From a virus (lineage: Duplodnaviria > Caudoviricetes), in the IMG/VR virus record IMGVR_UViG_3300033067_001382, positions 1 through 64,000 of that record: DNA of 64,000 nt; one strand, 5' to 3'. This document shows, one piece after another, positions 25,783-35,400 of the stretch (its first letter is position 1; every line of letters starts with the position of its first letter). Below the pieces are notes generated by a model. That model worked only from the letters and a program-made list of their open reading frames with translations. It ran no database searches and had not been told where the DNA came from. The translations under genes and the position numbers were made by a program.

Positions 25783-27957
25783 TCAAGTTACCGACCAGCG
25801 CATTGAATTGAGTGATAGGGCGTTACCCGTAACCGTATTCAAGAAGGTGATTCGGACAAAGAGGGGGATATCTCCGCCTGCGGTTCCAGTCGTTCCTGGG
25901 GAAGGAAGTGTGTAAGGAAGAACCAACTCACCAGTCACACCATCCGTCACTGGAGACGCCACTGCCAAAGCACCGTTGCCTGTACCGAATGGGCGCCCCA
26001 TGTCTTGCCAGGTCGCTCCGTTGGTGGCTGCTCGAATTTCAATAGCAGCACCCCCAGGATGGTCGGTGAAGAAGTTTCCAGTAGTAGTATCAACCGCATC
26101 AAATGAAGTAAATGCCAGTCCCGTGATTCTTAATGTGCCGCTCTGACCTCCGTTCGTTTGGAACGCTCGGACGTAGTGGCGCATAGTAACACCAATTGTA
26201 TCCCCCAATGTCGAGTAGTTTCGACCCGCCGACTGGATCGGACGGATTGCCGAAGCCAGGAAGTTGTCTTTCGGATACACGAGCTTGCCGCCCATGACCT
26301 GGAGGTCTCCCGCATTGGCCACGGGGGCGCCGAGAGCTACCGTGCTATCATAATCACCTGCCCCACCACCGTTTAGGGATGGATCAATACGCGCTGTTGC
26401 GCTGGGGAGCGAGAAGCCGTAGAGATAGCGGTAAGTCTCATCACAGAAAGACTCGAACTGGTTTGTCGAGGGGCTATCAGTCGGGGTTGAGCCAGTCCAA
26501 GCCGCCAAGCCGGAGGGCATGTAGAGATACTGCGTCGAGTCAATAACCGTACTTGACTGACTGAAGGGGGCATTCCACGTGATCTGAACACGGTGGTTGG
26601 GATTACGGGGGTCCGGGATACCCAAGGCCGGGCCAGGATGCGTCGCGTGCCGAAACTTGGCAACCGTTGCAATCAGAGGTGGGTTAGCGATAAGGCTGAA
26701 CGCCACATCGCTCGTATCCGTGATCCGAGCAGGTGAGCCATCAAAGAGGGGGTATGAGACCGAACTACCACCAAAAAAAGTGGTGTTGACAACAACCGGA
26801 GCCACCGAGCTTGTGAAGCCAGAGGGGACCGAGACCGACGCAACTGTGTTGGTGACGAACGAGTTCTTGAAGAGGTTCGTCGCCGTTGCAGTGATATCGA
26901 AAGTCAGACCGGAACTGTAATAGGTAATTCCAGACAGGATTGTGGTTGACGGGGTCCCGGCGGGAGACGAGGTGAAGGTCCCGCCCGTAGGTCCCGTTCC
27001 GGAGTCAGAATCAACATAGACGTTGAGGCGACGTACGTTGTCATAGAAGGTACCATCCGCCGCAGAAGCGGAGTACATGTTGCCTGACACCAAACCCGCC
27101 GCTAGGGCCGCTGGTTGAATGGCCGTCAGCGAAGTTGCGTAAGTTTCCTTCCAGTGTACCAACTGATAGCTATCGTTGATACCCGCCGAAAGAGGCAACT
27201 GATAACTGTACTTGGCGAGCTGGTAAGCCGAGAAGTTCGAAGGGAATGGGGTATACTCCCCCCCACCGTAAGTAGACTGATAGGGGAGACGAGCTGTCAG
27301 AGCAAAAAGGTCAAGACCACCACCAATTGGATGGTTCGCCTGACCTGTTGCCCGAGTGGCTTCCACGAAAGCCGCATCAGGAATACCGACCGGAGAGGGG
27401 CTTGAACCTAACCATAGCGCAGCCACCAGGGTGGTCTGACTGGCATTGGTGAAATCCGGATTGGTAGAACTGGTAGTACGGTAGAGCGCCAGGACACCAC
27501 GGTCTGCCGGGTAGAGAACACCGTTGACGTTCTGAGTCGTTGCTGCACTCAAGAGGTTCTTAGTGGGGATTGCTTGAACATTCGTGAATCCACCCTTGGT
27601 AGCTGAGTCGAGATTCGCACCCCAAACCGGGATACCAGAGTTGGCCACCGCATTGTTGAAGCCCAGTCGGTCAGGCTTAACCGGAAGCAAGTCCTTAAGA
27701 CTCGTCAGTGCATCAAGTACCGACTCACCGTCGTAGGGACCACCAGCCGAAGCCAAGAGTGGATCGCCCGTGACAGGGTGAACCGGAGGAATTCCAACGG
27801 CACCAGCCATGTGAGCATCTACTGGATCCGCAATATGGTTCTGAATATCGCCACCTCCCGTGAGGGGGAAGGTGAGCGCAGAGGAATCAACCGAATTCGC
27901 CGGAATGCGACCAGGCCCGACGTTTACAGATGTGATTGGATTCTTAGGTGACGGCAT
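25783..27957 (-). CDS. Virion structural (fibre-like) protein
   Basis: 724 aa; HIADPVDAHMAGAV motif often seen in phage fibre proteins; coupled to the upstream gene. Confidence 0.65.
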   Translation of the reverse strand: MPSPKNPITSVNVGPGRIPANSVDSSALTFPLTGGGDIQNHIADPVDAHMAGAVGIPPVHPVTGDPLLASAGGPYDGESVLDALTSLKDLLPVKPDRLGFNNAVANSGIPVWGANLDSATKGGFTNVQAIPTKNLLSAATTQNVNGVLYPADRGVLALYRTTSSTNPDFTNASQTTLVAALWLGSSPSPVGIPDAAFVEATRATGQANHPIGGGLDLFALTARLPYQSTYGGGEYTPFPSNFSAYQLAKYSYQLPLSAGINDSYQLVHWKETYATSLTAIQPAALAAGLVSGNMYSASAADGTFYDNVRRLNVYVDSDSGTGPTGGTFTSSPAGTPSTTILSGITYYSSGLTFDITATATNLFKNSFVTNTVASVSVPSGFTSSVAPVVVNTTFFGGSSVSYPLFDGSPARITDTSDVAFSLIANPPLIATVAKFRHATHPGPALGIPDPRNPNHRVQITWNAPFSQSSTVIDSTQYLYMPSGLAAWTGSTPTDSPSTNQFESFCDETYRYLYGFSLPSATARIDPSLNGGGAGDYDSTVALGAPVANAGDLQVMGGKLVYPKDNFLASAIRPIQSAGRNYSTLGDTIGVTMRHYVRAFQTNGGQSGTLRITGLAFTSFDAVDTTTGNFFTDHPGGAAIEIRAATNGATWQDMGRPFGTGNGALAVASPVTDGVTGELVLPYTLPSPGTTGTAGGDIPLFVRITFLNTVTGNALSLNSMRWSVT

Positions 27958-30491
27958 CAGACGCCTCGATTTAGCAAGTGACCCTTGAGTCGGAATACAC
28001 TGGCGGACGTGTCGTTGGGAGTAGAATCCTCAAAAGCGACGAAGTTTTGATCGTCGAAGGATGCCCAACGCTGCAACATCATGAGAAGTAGAGTGCCCTT
28101 CCGCGCATAGGTTGTATCGGCGGTCAGCTCGACAATAACCGGCAAGAGCACCTTGTGGCGCTTGGGGTAGCTGAGCACCTGACCGAAGGCGGAAGGTTGG
28201 TACACCGACGAGAGCGCGTTGGGAAAGAACGTTCGACCTTCTGCATCGACGTCTCCAGAGATCCGCGTGAAACTGACTTCTTCCGAATTGGGCGTGTAGG
28301 GCACATTCGCAAGAATTTTGAGGAGACCTGTCGTACCGCTGAAGTCCGCAATCGAGACCGTTGACGTCCCATTGAGTCCGTGCTCACCCGAGAAGGAGCC
28401 GGACGCTATACCGCCCGTCTGAACGTACGCCTGAGGGAATGGGTAGCCTTCGTCAGGCGACCCGGAACCTTGCGTGAGGACATATAGGAAAGGGGAAATA
28501 TAGCGAGGCCGGACGCTCAACGATGTACCCAAGTTGGCACTGCGAAGAGTCTGTTGCGCGAGGGCCTCGTAGTACATCGTGACCTGCACGGTGTTCTCCG
28601 GAATGGGCCGCAGCGCCTTATAAGTTATCGTCAACGTTTGACTAGGCGATGTCGACCCGGCATTCAACGTGATGGTGCGACCATCCGTCGAGATTGAGAA
28701 CGATCCACCGTAAGGAACTCCCGCAATGATAATCGATGAAACGCTGTGAGCCCGCTCAGGAAGCCGGATTAGGTTCGTTCCTACGCTAGACTCAGAGGAG
28801 AGTGACACCGTGATATTGCTCGTCCGGTACATCAATTCCACTTCACGGTGGGTTGCATCGATGTTGGCTGTCAAAGGGACTAAAGGATCGTAGAAGTGCG
28901 GAGAAACTTGAGGAAAGGACCCTGGGTTGTTAATCTCGAAAGAATCGGCCCCGAAAGTCCGTGACGGAGTACGGATCAACCCACTTCCCGGAGGGTATGC
29001 CACCAGGATGTCGATGTAGAGTGTTTCGTCGGTGATGCTAAGTGCCGTGACGGTTCCGAGCGACAAGGTGATTGTCGACGGAGTATCATCGACAAGATTT
29101 GTAATAGATGCTATTGGGGCGGCGACCCCCTGCTTAGCCCCAGTGGTTCCGGCGAAGCGAGCCCCAACGATGTCAAGGAACTTTGTTCCAGTTGGTGCGC
29201 GGCTCCCGAACGGAACTCCCGTATAGGGGTAGATGTTCATGTTCGAAAAGCTGATGACAACATTCTCGCCGTTTGTCCAAGTCGGACCCGCTGGGGTCCT
29301 GGTGATCGTGATGACCTCGTAAGTCGCACGATCACTGAACCGACGCCGACCGGCATCGAACTGGCCGATGAATGCAGCTCCGGTACCACTAGGCCCCGTG
29401 TTGATTGAGTCTCCTGGAGAGAGTCCGGCTGCGTCGGCCATAAAAACCGTGTGGCCCTTATAGCCGCCGGCATCACCAAACGACTCCCACTCGGTTCGAA
29501 GATTGTTGTCCAACAGTAGTTGGACATTCTTCTCCAGAACTTCCCGGAAATCCCACCCATTGAGCGAAACTCCGCGGCGAAGGTCAACAATGTCCTTCGC
29601 TTCCACGAAGTCATGCGTGGCACTATCCGGACGAGCCGAGCCACCATTGCGATTCAGACGACGATCGAATGCCGCTTGGTTTCGACGGAAGACCGCCACC
29701 AACGGAACCGCATACATCAGATCATCAACCGTACCCAACCCCGGATCGGAAGCAACCCAGAGGCCGGGGTCAACCGGAGAAACCGTGTAATTGACTGCCG
29801 TGGCGGTACCGTTAGGTAATGCGGGTGCCGACGGAACAGTATGGGCAAACACATTGACATGGTCAATGCCCATGGGGTTGGTAAAAAGATCGACGTCCTG
29901 GATGACACGAAGTCGGTATTGAATCTGAACGCGCTTGGTCGACTCGATCCCGAGGGTGACATCCTTGATGTTATCTATCAGATTAAGTCCTTCATCGACC
30001 GCATCAATGGCAACGTTTCCGTTCCGCCAAATCTTCTGTGAGTGGCTCTTACCATTGGCATCAGGTGATGCTGCAATAAGCCTTCGCCAGACTTCCAAGA
30101 TGACCAAATCCGTTCGAGGATTCGTACCTCCGCTGACCGGAGCCGCTCCAAGGTCAACCGTATTATAGGTGGCTTCACCGGAGTTGACCACGTCAACAAC
30201 CCAGCCATTGACATACGCCGTCAGAGGCGGCATGCGCAGCTTATTAGCTGAAGGGGCCGAGACAAAGACTCCCGCAGCATGGCCAGAATTGCCAAGGAAA
30301 TCATCCGATAGCCAGCCCGAGGGGACCGCCTTCCGACCAAGCAGACGTGTCATCTCGGTCGAGATGTCGCCTACCAGATTCAGCTCCTTATCGAGAACCG
30401 GCTTCCCCATCTGGAAAACCGTCGTCTCGAACGCGTAATTGTCCGGGTCTAGGTAGTTGGATACAAGCGGGCCAAGGTTCTTTTGAGTCAT
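27957..30491 (-). CDS. Virion tail/baseplate-associated protein (paralog of 17694-22073)
   Basis: 844 aa; QMGKPVLDKELNL, LVILEVW, QIQYRLRVI, DPGLW, YAVPLVAVFRRN. Confidence 0.75.
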   Translation of the reverse strand: MTQKNLGPLVSNYLDPDNYAFETTVFQMGKPVLDKELNLVGDISTEMTRLLGRKAVPSGWLSDDFLGNSGHAAGVFVSAPSANKLRMPPLTAYVNGWVVDVVNSGEATYNTVDLGAAPVSGGTNPRTDLVILEVWRRLIAASPDANGKSHSQKIWRNGNVAIDAVDEGLNLIDNIKDVTLGIESTKRVQIQYRLRVIQDVDLFTNPMGIDHVNVFAHTVPSAPALPNGTATAVNYTVSPVDPGLWVASDPGLGTVDDLMYAVPLVAVFRRNQAAFDRRLNRNGGSARPDSATHDFVEAKDIVDLRRGVSLNGWDFREVLEKNVQLLLDNNLRTEWESFGDAGGYKGHTVFMADAAGLSPGDSINTGPSGTGAAFIGQFDAGRRRFSDRATYEVITITRTPAGPTWTNGENVVISFSNMNIYPYTGVPFGSRAPTGTKFLDIVGARFAGTTGAKQGVAAPIASITNLVDDTPSTITLSLGTVTALSITDETLYIDILVAYPPGSGLIRTPSRTFGADSFEINNPGSFPQVSPHFYDPLVPLTANIDATHREVELMYRTSNITVSLSSESSVGTNLIRLPERAHSVSSIIIAGVPYGGSFSISTDGRTITLNAGSTSPSQTLTITYKALRPIPENTVQVTMYYEALAQQTLRSANLGTSLSVRPRYISPFLYVLTQGSGSPDEGYPFPQAYVQTGGIASGSFSGEHGLNGTSTVSIADFSGTTGLLKILANVPYTPNSEEVSFTRISGDVDAEGRTFFPNALSSVYQPSAFGQVLSYPKRHKVLLPVIVELTADTTYARKGTLLLMMLQRWASFDDQNFVAFEDSTPNDTSASVFRLKGHLLNRGV

Positions 30492-30510
30492 TCCAAGTTC
30501 TCCGCTATGA

Positions 30511-31215
30511 TCAGAAGGTCAACCGCCAAACAATTTGAAGGGTCGATGTAGCTGGTTTGTTGATGACGGCGAACGTTAAGTAATTGACCAGTGTCTCCCG
30601 AGTGGTAAGGTCTACGAGAGGGTTGTAGGCCCCGTTAGGAGGCGTGACCGGATTCTTGACAGCAAGATTTGTGCTGATGTTGCCGCCGATGATTCCCATT
30701 TCAACGAGCGGGCCGACGGCCTCGGACTCGGTGAAAGTCGCGGTGAAGTCCACCACGTTGGTCGGAATCGCCGAAGGGGCTCCACCGCTGTCAACAAATT
30801 GAGTCAACGAGAAGGTTTTTCGGCTCAGCTCAGAGTAGAGCGAACGCTGCGTGTTCGTAGCGGCCGGAGGCGACATCGGATTCCAGGGTCCATCTCCCGT
30901 CCCAACTGCCAGAACGTAGCAACTTTTTGGGGGTTCTTGGCTATCCTTCATCAACCGAGCAATCAAAATACTCGCGTCTTTGACAATCAAGTTCCTTTTT
31001 TCACGGTAATCAAGAACCTCTTGACTCCTGGAGTCCCGAACGGTGATGAAGACATCTCCACGGATACCAACGCGGGCATCCTCGTGGTGGGTGGCTGTCA
31101 AGGCCGACTTCGAATCTGATGAAACTTGACCATAGAATTCTTGATAGGCCGCACTGCATGCCGACTTGACACTTGCCCCTACACGCCCAAAGACATCTCG
31201 AATCCTCATGCTCAT
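30511..31215 (-). CDS. Tail-fibre attachment/baseplate-proximal domain protein
   Basis: RNLIVKDA...AVGTGD...TQRSLYSELSRK...FTATFTESEAVGPLVEMGIIGG...INKPATSTLQIVWRLTF, a pattern seen in stand-alone fibre N-terminal domains. Confidence 0.7.
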   Translation of the reverse strand: MSMRIRDVFGRVGASVKSACSAAYQEFYGQVSSDSKSALTATHHEDARVGIRGDVFITVRDSRSQEVLDYREKRNLIVKDASILIARLMKDSQEPPKSCYVLAVGTGDGPWNPMSPPAATNTQRSLYSELSRKTFSLTQFVDSGGAPSAIPTNVVDFTATFTESEAVGPLVEMGIIGGNISTNLAVKNPVTPPNGAYNPLVDLTTRETLVNYLTFAVINKPATSTLQIVWRLTF

Positions 31216-31252
31216 CTCCTAGTTTCAATTGGGGAGAGCATAAGTAGAACCG

Positions 31253-32077
31253 TCACGGTTGTAGCGGGATTATAACGGTCGAACCCGGCGGAATCGGTCC
31301 AGCGATATTGGCCGTGATGAAAGTCCCAAGGCTTCCATTCCCATTCAACGTGTAGAACGGGTTGTTGAGGTAAGATACGTAGTTGGGGTCGAACAACTCG
31401 TTCAAGGTTGCCTGCGCGAAGGTGTTGTCGATGGCACCCGCATATGTATCGTTTCGGAGGTCTTGAACCACCACTTGTGCTTCCGCAGCGATTCCGAGTG
31501 GGCCATAGAGCACTGCCTGATTGAGGTAGGTCTGAGGCACTGGGGGCCCGAAGGTGTGTAGAATCTGGTTTTGCGTAATTTGCGGCGGAAGCTGATAGAC
31601 GTCGTAAGCTCGGGTGCACGCCGACGCCGAAGTCAATTCGATCGAGGAATTGGCTGTAGGGGTCGTCAATGCCGGCGAGAAGAAGAGCAAACCGGACGAG
31701 ATCCCATAGAGCCCACCTGAGACCTCCCCAGTAAACCGACTGGAGGAAACAATAGCCGACCGAAGTTGACCCGGCCAAACGAAAGTCTGAAGGGCCGGAG
31801 TGTAAGGACTCGCCAACGTAGTGATGACTGCACCACTGAGCGTCAAGTGATACGCCAAGAGTGGGGTAATCGGTGTGCCAGAGTCAAGTGTCAAGCTGAC
31901 TGAGCGGATCTGAGAAGCGGACACCACCGAAACGGAAAGAACCGTCAGGGTGTTTCCATCATCATCGGTCAGTGCATAACTACTCGGGTCGACCAACGCA
32001 CTGTTGTTCGCAGCAGGGTCCGAAAAAACAAGGTGGATTCGAGTAGGACTATCGCCACGAACGATGTAACTCGGCAT
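31253..32077 (-). CDS. Virion structural protein with N-terminal Ig-like domain
   Basis: IHLVFSDP...VDPSSYAL...LTVLSV...SVSLTL...YHLTLSG resembles a bacterial Ig-like strand pattern; TGATG coupling. Confidence 0.65.
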   Translation of the reverse strand: MPSYIVRGDSPTRIHLVFSDPAANNSALVDPSSYALTDDDGNTLTVLSVSVVSASQIRSVSLTLDSGTPITPLLAYHLTLSGAVITTLASPYTPALQTFVWPGQLRSAIVSSSRFTGEVSGGLYGISSGLLFFSPALTTPTANSSIELTSASACTRAYDVYQLPPQITQNQILHTFGPPVPQTYLNQAVLYGPLGIAAEAQVVVQDLRNDTYAGAIDNTFAQATLNELFDPNYVSYLNNPFYTLNGNGSLGTFITANIAGPIPPGSTVIIPLQP

Positions 32078-32415
32078 CACTCACCCCGCTTTTTGATGAT
32101 GTTACGATAAAGCTGCTCGTTATTGGGCGCTGGAGGTTCTAATCGCTTTGGTTTTTGTCGAGTTGGAGGAAGTAATACCAGCATGTTGCCATTAAGCCTA
32201 CCCTCTCCAATCAATTCTGCTTCCAGTACGTAATCGGCCTCGAATTCAGCCAGAACCTCGGCGTTACCCTCCAAGAACGCGTCAAGCGGTTTCTGGATCA
32301 AGAGGTAGGCAGTCATCTCCCCAAAGCCCTCAAGGACAGCCGACATAGAAAAGTCCTCGTCATCCAAGGCTCCCCCATATTCCGACGTTCCAAATTCTTT
32401 GGTGCCGTACGACAT
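32077..32415 (-). CDS. Acidic hypothetical protein (112 aa)
   Basis: ORF inside the operon with a GGAG RBS. Confidence 0.65.
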   Translation of the reverse strand: MSYGTKEFGTSEYGGALDDEDFSMSAVLEGFGEMTAYLLIQKPLDAFLEGNAEVLAEFEADYVLEAELIGEGRLNGNMLVLLPPTRQKPKRLEPPAPNNEQLYRNIIKKRGE

Positions 32416-32421
32416 AACTCC

Positions 32422-35400
32422 TCAACCATCCACGAAAAATGAAACGGTACCTGCTGTGGGGTCTCTCACGAGTCGGTACTGATGTGGTAGATTGTCGAGG
32501 AAGTCGAATAGCACTTCCGCGAGCGTGTCTCCAGACTGCATGTCAAGGAGCCGCACAACACGATCACCGTAGGGGTCGGTGAGGAATGCAAGTGCGGCAG
32601 TCATCCCGAAAGCGCTAAAACCAACCCGAACCCCCGTGTCGCCCGTTCCACCGCTAGAATCGGTGAGAACCTTAAAGGTGAACTTGACTTCGGTCGGAAG
32701 GCTCGTTGCTGAAGGCAAGGATGTCGGGTTGCGGTATATAGTGGTGGTACTCCCAGTGGTTGAATAGGTCAATACCCCTCCGAAGGATGTCACTTGGACA
32801 TCGGAAGGCGAGACCGAGTTCAGACTCCAAGGAGTCGGTGCATTGGAGTCCAATTCCGGGAATGTCGCTCCATCGTAATGCAGGCAAACATCCTTCTTAA
32901 ACGATATAGACCCAAGCCCGACCGGTCCCAGGGAGTCATCCATCGGATAGAGGAGGTCGGTCTCGCCTTCACTCCGCTCGGTAACTTCGAGAGAGTTGTA
33001 AAGGACATCGTTCGGAACCAACAGCCGAACTCGGGTTTTAGCATCGTTCAGCACGAAATCTGAGTCACTGTTGAGCACATCCTCAGGCCGATTAAGCCCC
33101 GAAAGCGACTCAAAGATCGGGGTGGGCTTCCGCACTTCGGATGTCTGAGTTTGCGGAACAAGCGGTGTTCCCTCGTTGAGCTTGGTGAATGCTTTGTGGT
33201 TAGCATCATCGTACAGCTCCTTAAGCGGAATGCCTGTCGAGCTGGACCAGAAATTCGTGTGGCGGTGCGCGACCGACGTGAATAGATGGTCCGGCGACGC
33301 CATGATGTTGCGCTGGTTGAGTACCATGTGATGGGGCACGATTCGCTGCTCACTGAGAGAGCGAGTGATTCCGTAGCGGACGAAGTCCCAACCGCTTTGG
33401 GACAAGTTCGTTGGGTCAAATGCACCAAAGACAATCGAAGGAACTCCGTTGGTAAGCTGACGCCAGAGTCCCACCGAGTTGGACGGAAGGTCGGAGTCAT
33501 ATTCAAGATCAATCAGCACTTGGGAGTCAACGCTGAGCTTGATGTTGCCGGAGCGATCTCGAACGAGACGGTAGTTGTGAAACTGCGTCCAATCAACTTC
33601 ACGAGGAACACGATATAGAACCGGCACCGCAGGAACAGGGAAAGGCGTGGTCAACGTCAGAGTGGTGGCGTTGACCCGAGCAGCAACGTCATATACTCCT
33701 CGGTTAACTCCACCGTCGACGATGATGACATCTCCTGCATCGACGTCATTGATAACGAATGACCCACCTGCATCGGTCAAGGTAGTAGAGTCCAGTACCA
33801 TGCCAGTACGGTCACGAAGCTTGGTCGGAAGATGGTAACCCAACAACGAGTCAGGATCATGCCCTCGCCAGACTCCCAAGTACTTCTGCACTGAGACGTC
33901 AGCTACCCGCCATGCATTGACATACGCCCACTCAGTGTCACTCAGAGCACCAAGGCTCGACCCATCAGGAGTTGCGGTCCCAAAAGAAACCGTGGGGTTC
34001 CCTGCCGAGGTCACGAATGCTGAATAGGCTACCGACCCGATGAAGAGGGTGTCGACAAACAGGGTGACTAAGTCACCCAAGGTGTTCTTAACAAGACGGT
34101 AGGTGTGGAACAACCCATCGTCCCATGCGAATTGGAACTGGACGGGGTTGGAGGGCATCCCGAGGATGACCCCATCTGAGTGGAACGCAAGAGTTGTCCC
34201 CAGCAGAGGGTCTTCTCGAAAGAGAAGACCCAGGGTCTTGACACCATCGAAAATGTCCGCCGTGACTCCTGCAAAGCAAGATCCGTTCAGACCCGTATCG
34301 GTTGCGGTAAATGAATTGACCTTGACTCGGAATTCCAAGATGTAATCAAGAGTCGTTTCAATGACGCGGTCTGGAGTGACTCCAGCCTCAAAGTCATTGA
34401 CGTGGTAGACCACACCGTCCGAAACGATCGTATCTTCGATATGAAGCGCTCGTCCAAGCATGCTAGTGGTGATACCTGGAAGCGTCGTGATTGTGTTCCG
34501 CTCCCAGCCGACCGGAGTTGCGTTCTCCGGCAGGACTCGACCACCGTAGCTAAACTTAGGTGAAGGATTCTTGGCAAGCATGCTGACCTGAATCAGCTTC
34601 TTTCCATCATCCATCGCGAGAGTCATTGCATTTGGAGCAATTCCCTGCGTCCACGTCCGAAGCTGCATTTTCCAATCAACCGCCGCATCCGCGGCAGCCG
34701 TCAGTAGCGGCTCAAATCGAACCAGACCTCGAAAATCACCGTCGACCAGACCCACGAGTGCGCTGGTCATTGCATCGGTGGCGGAGGTGCTATCAAGCAC
34801 AAGGACATCACCTCCCGAAATAGTTTCCGTCCCGTGGTATCCAACTGGAGTCCACGGATTGAAGTCACGTTCCGGAAGAGTGTTGCCCTCATAACTGACA
34901 AAAACTGCCGGAGCCGACTGAATGGGGTTAGTTGGAAGAATAAGGTAGCGGTAGAAGTCCCAATCCGAAGAACTGGTGGCTTCCCGACTGAGACTTCCGA
35001 AGTAAGCCCCTTGGATCTGATCAAAGGGATCATTCAGCTCATACAGGAAAGGCAGCTCGTCCTTGGTGATGCGCAGGATCTCAATGACCCCACCATCCAC
35101 AAAGAGCTTGACAATCCCATCTCGATCCTGGAAAAGACGGTAACTGTGAGGGATTGTTACATCAAAATCCTGTGGGAGTCCCGTGGGTTCATTCGATTCG
35201 TTAATTGCACCTGTCCAGGCGGCCATTGGGGCAGGGTTGTCCCCGTACCCCTGACGAAGGAAGCCAATTTTGTAGGTGGAGCCATCCTTGAGATACCCCA
35301 CCACAACGGCCTTTTCATCATCTGACCAGCCGGCTGCAACTCCGGAGAAGACTCCATTGAGCACCGGAGTATCAGTGAGTGACATACGCCAAGTTGCCGC

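Noticed and set aside
31212-31778. 188-aa alternative-frame minus-strand ORF bridging two structural genes (possible programmed frameshift)
   Set aside because: No slippery site or RBS seen, and its composition is not protein-like.
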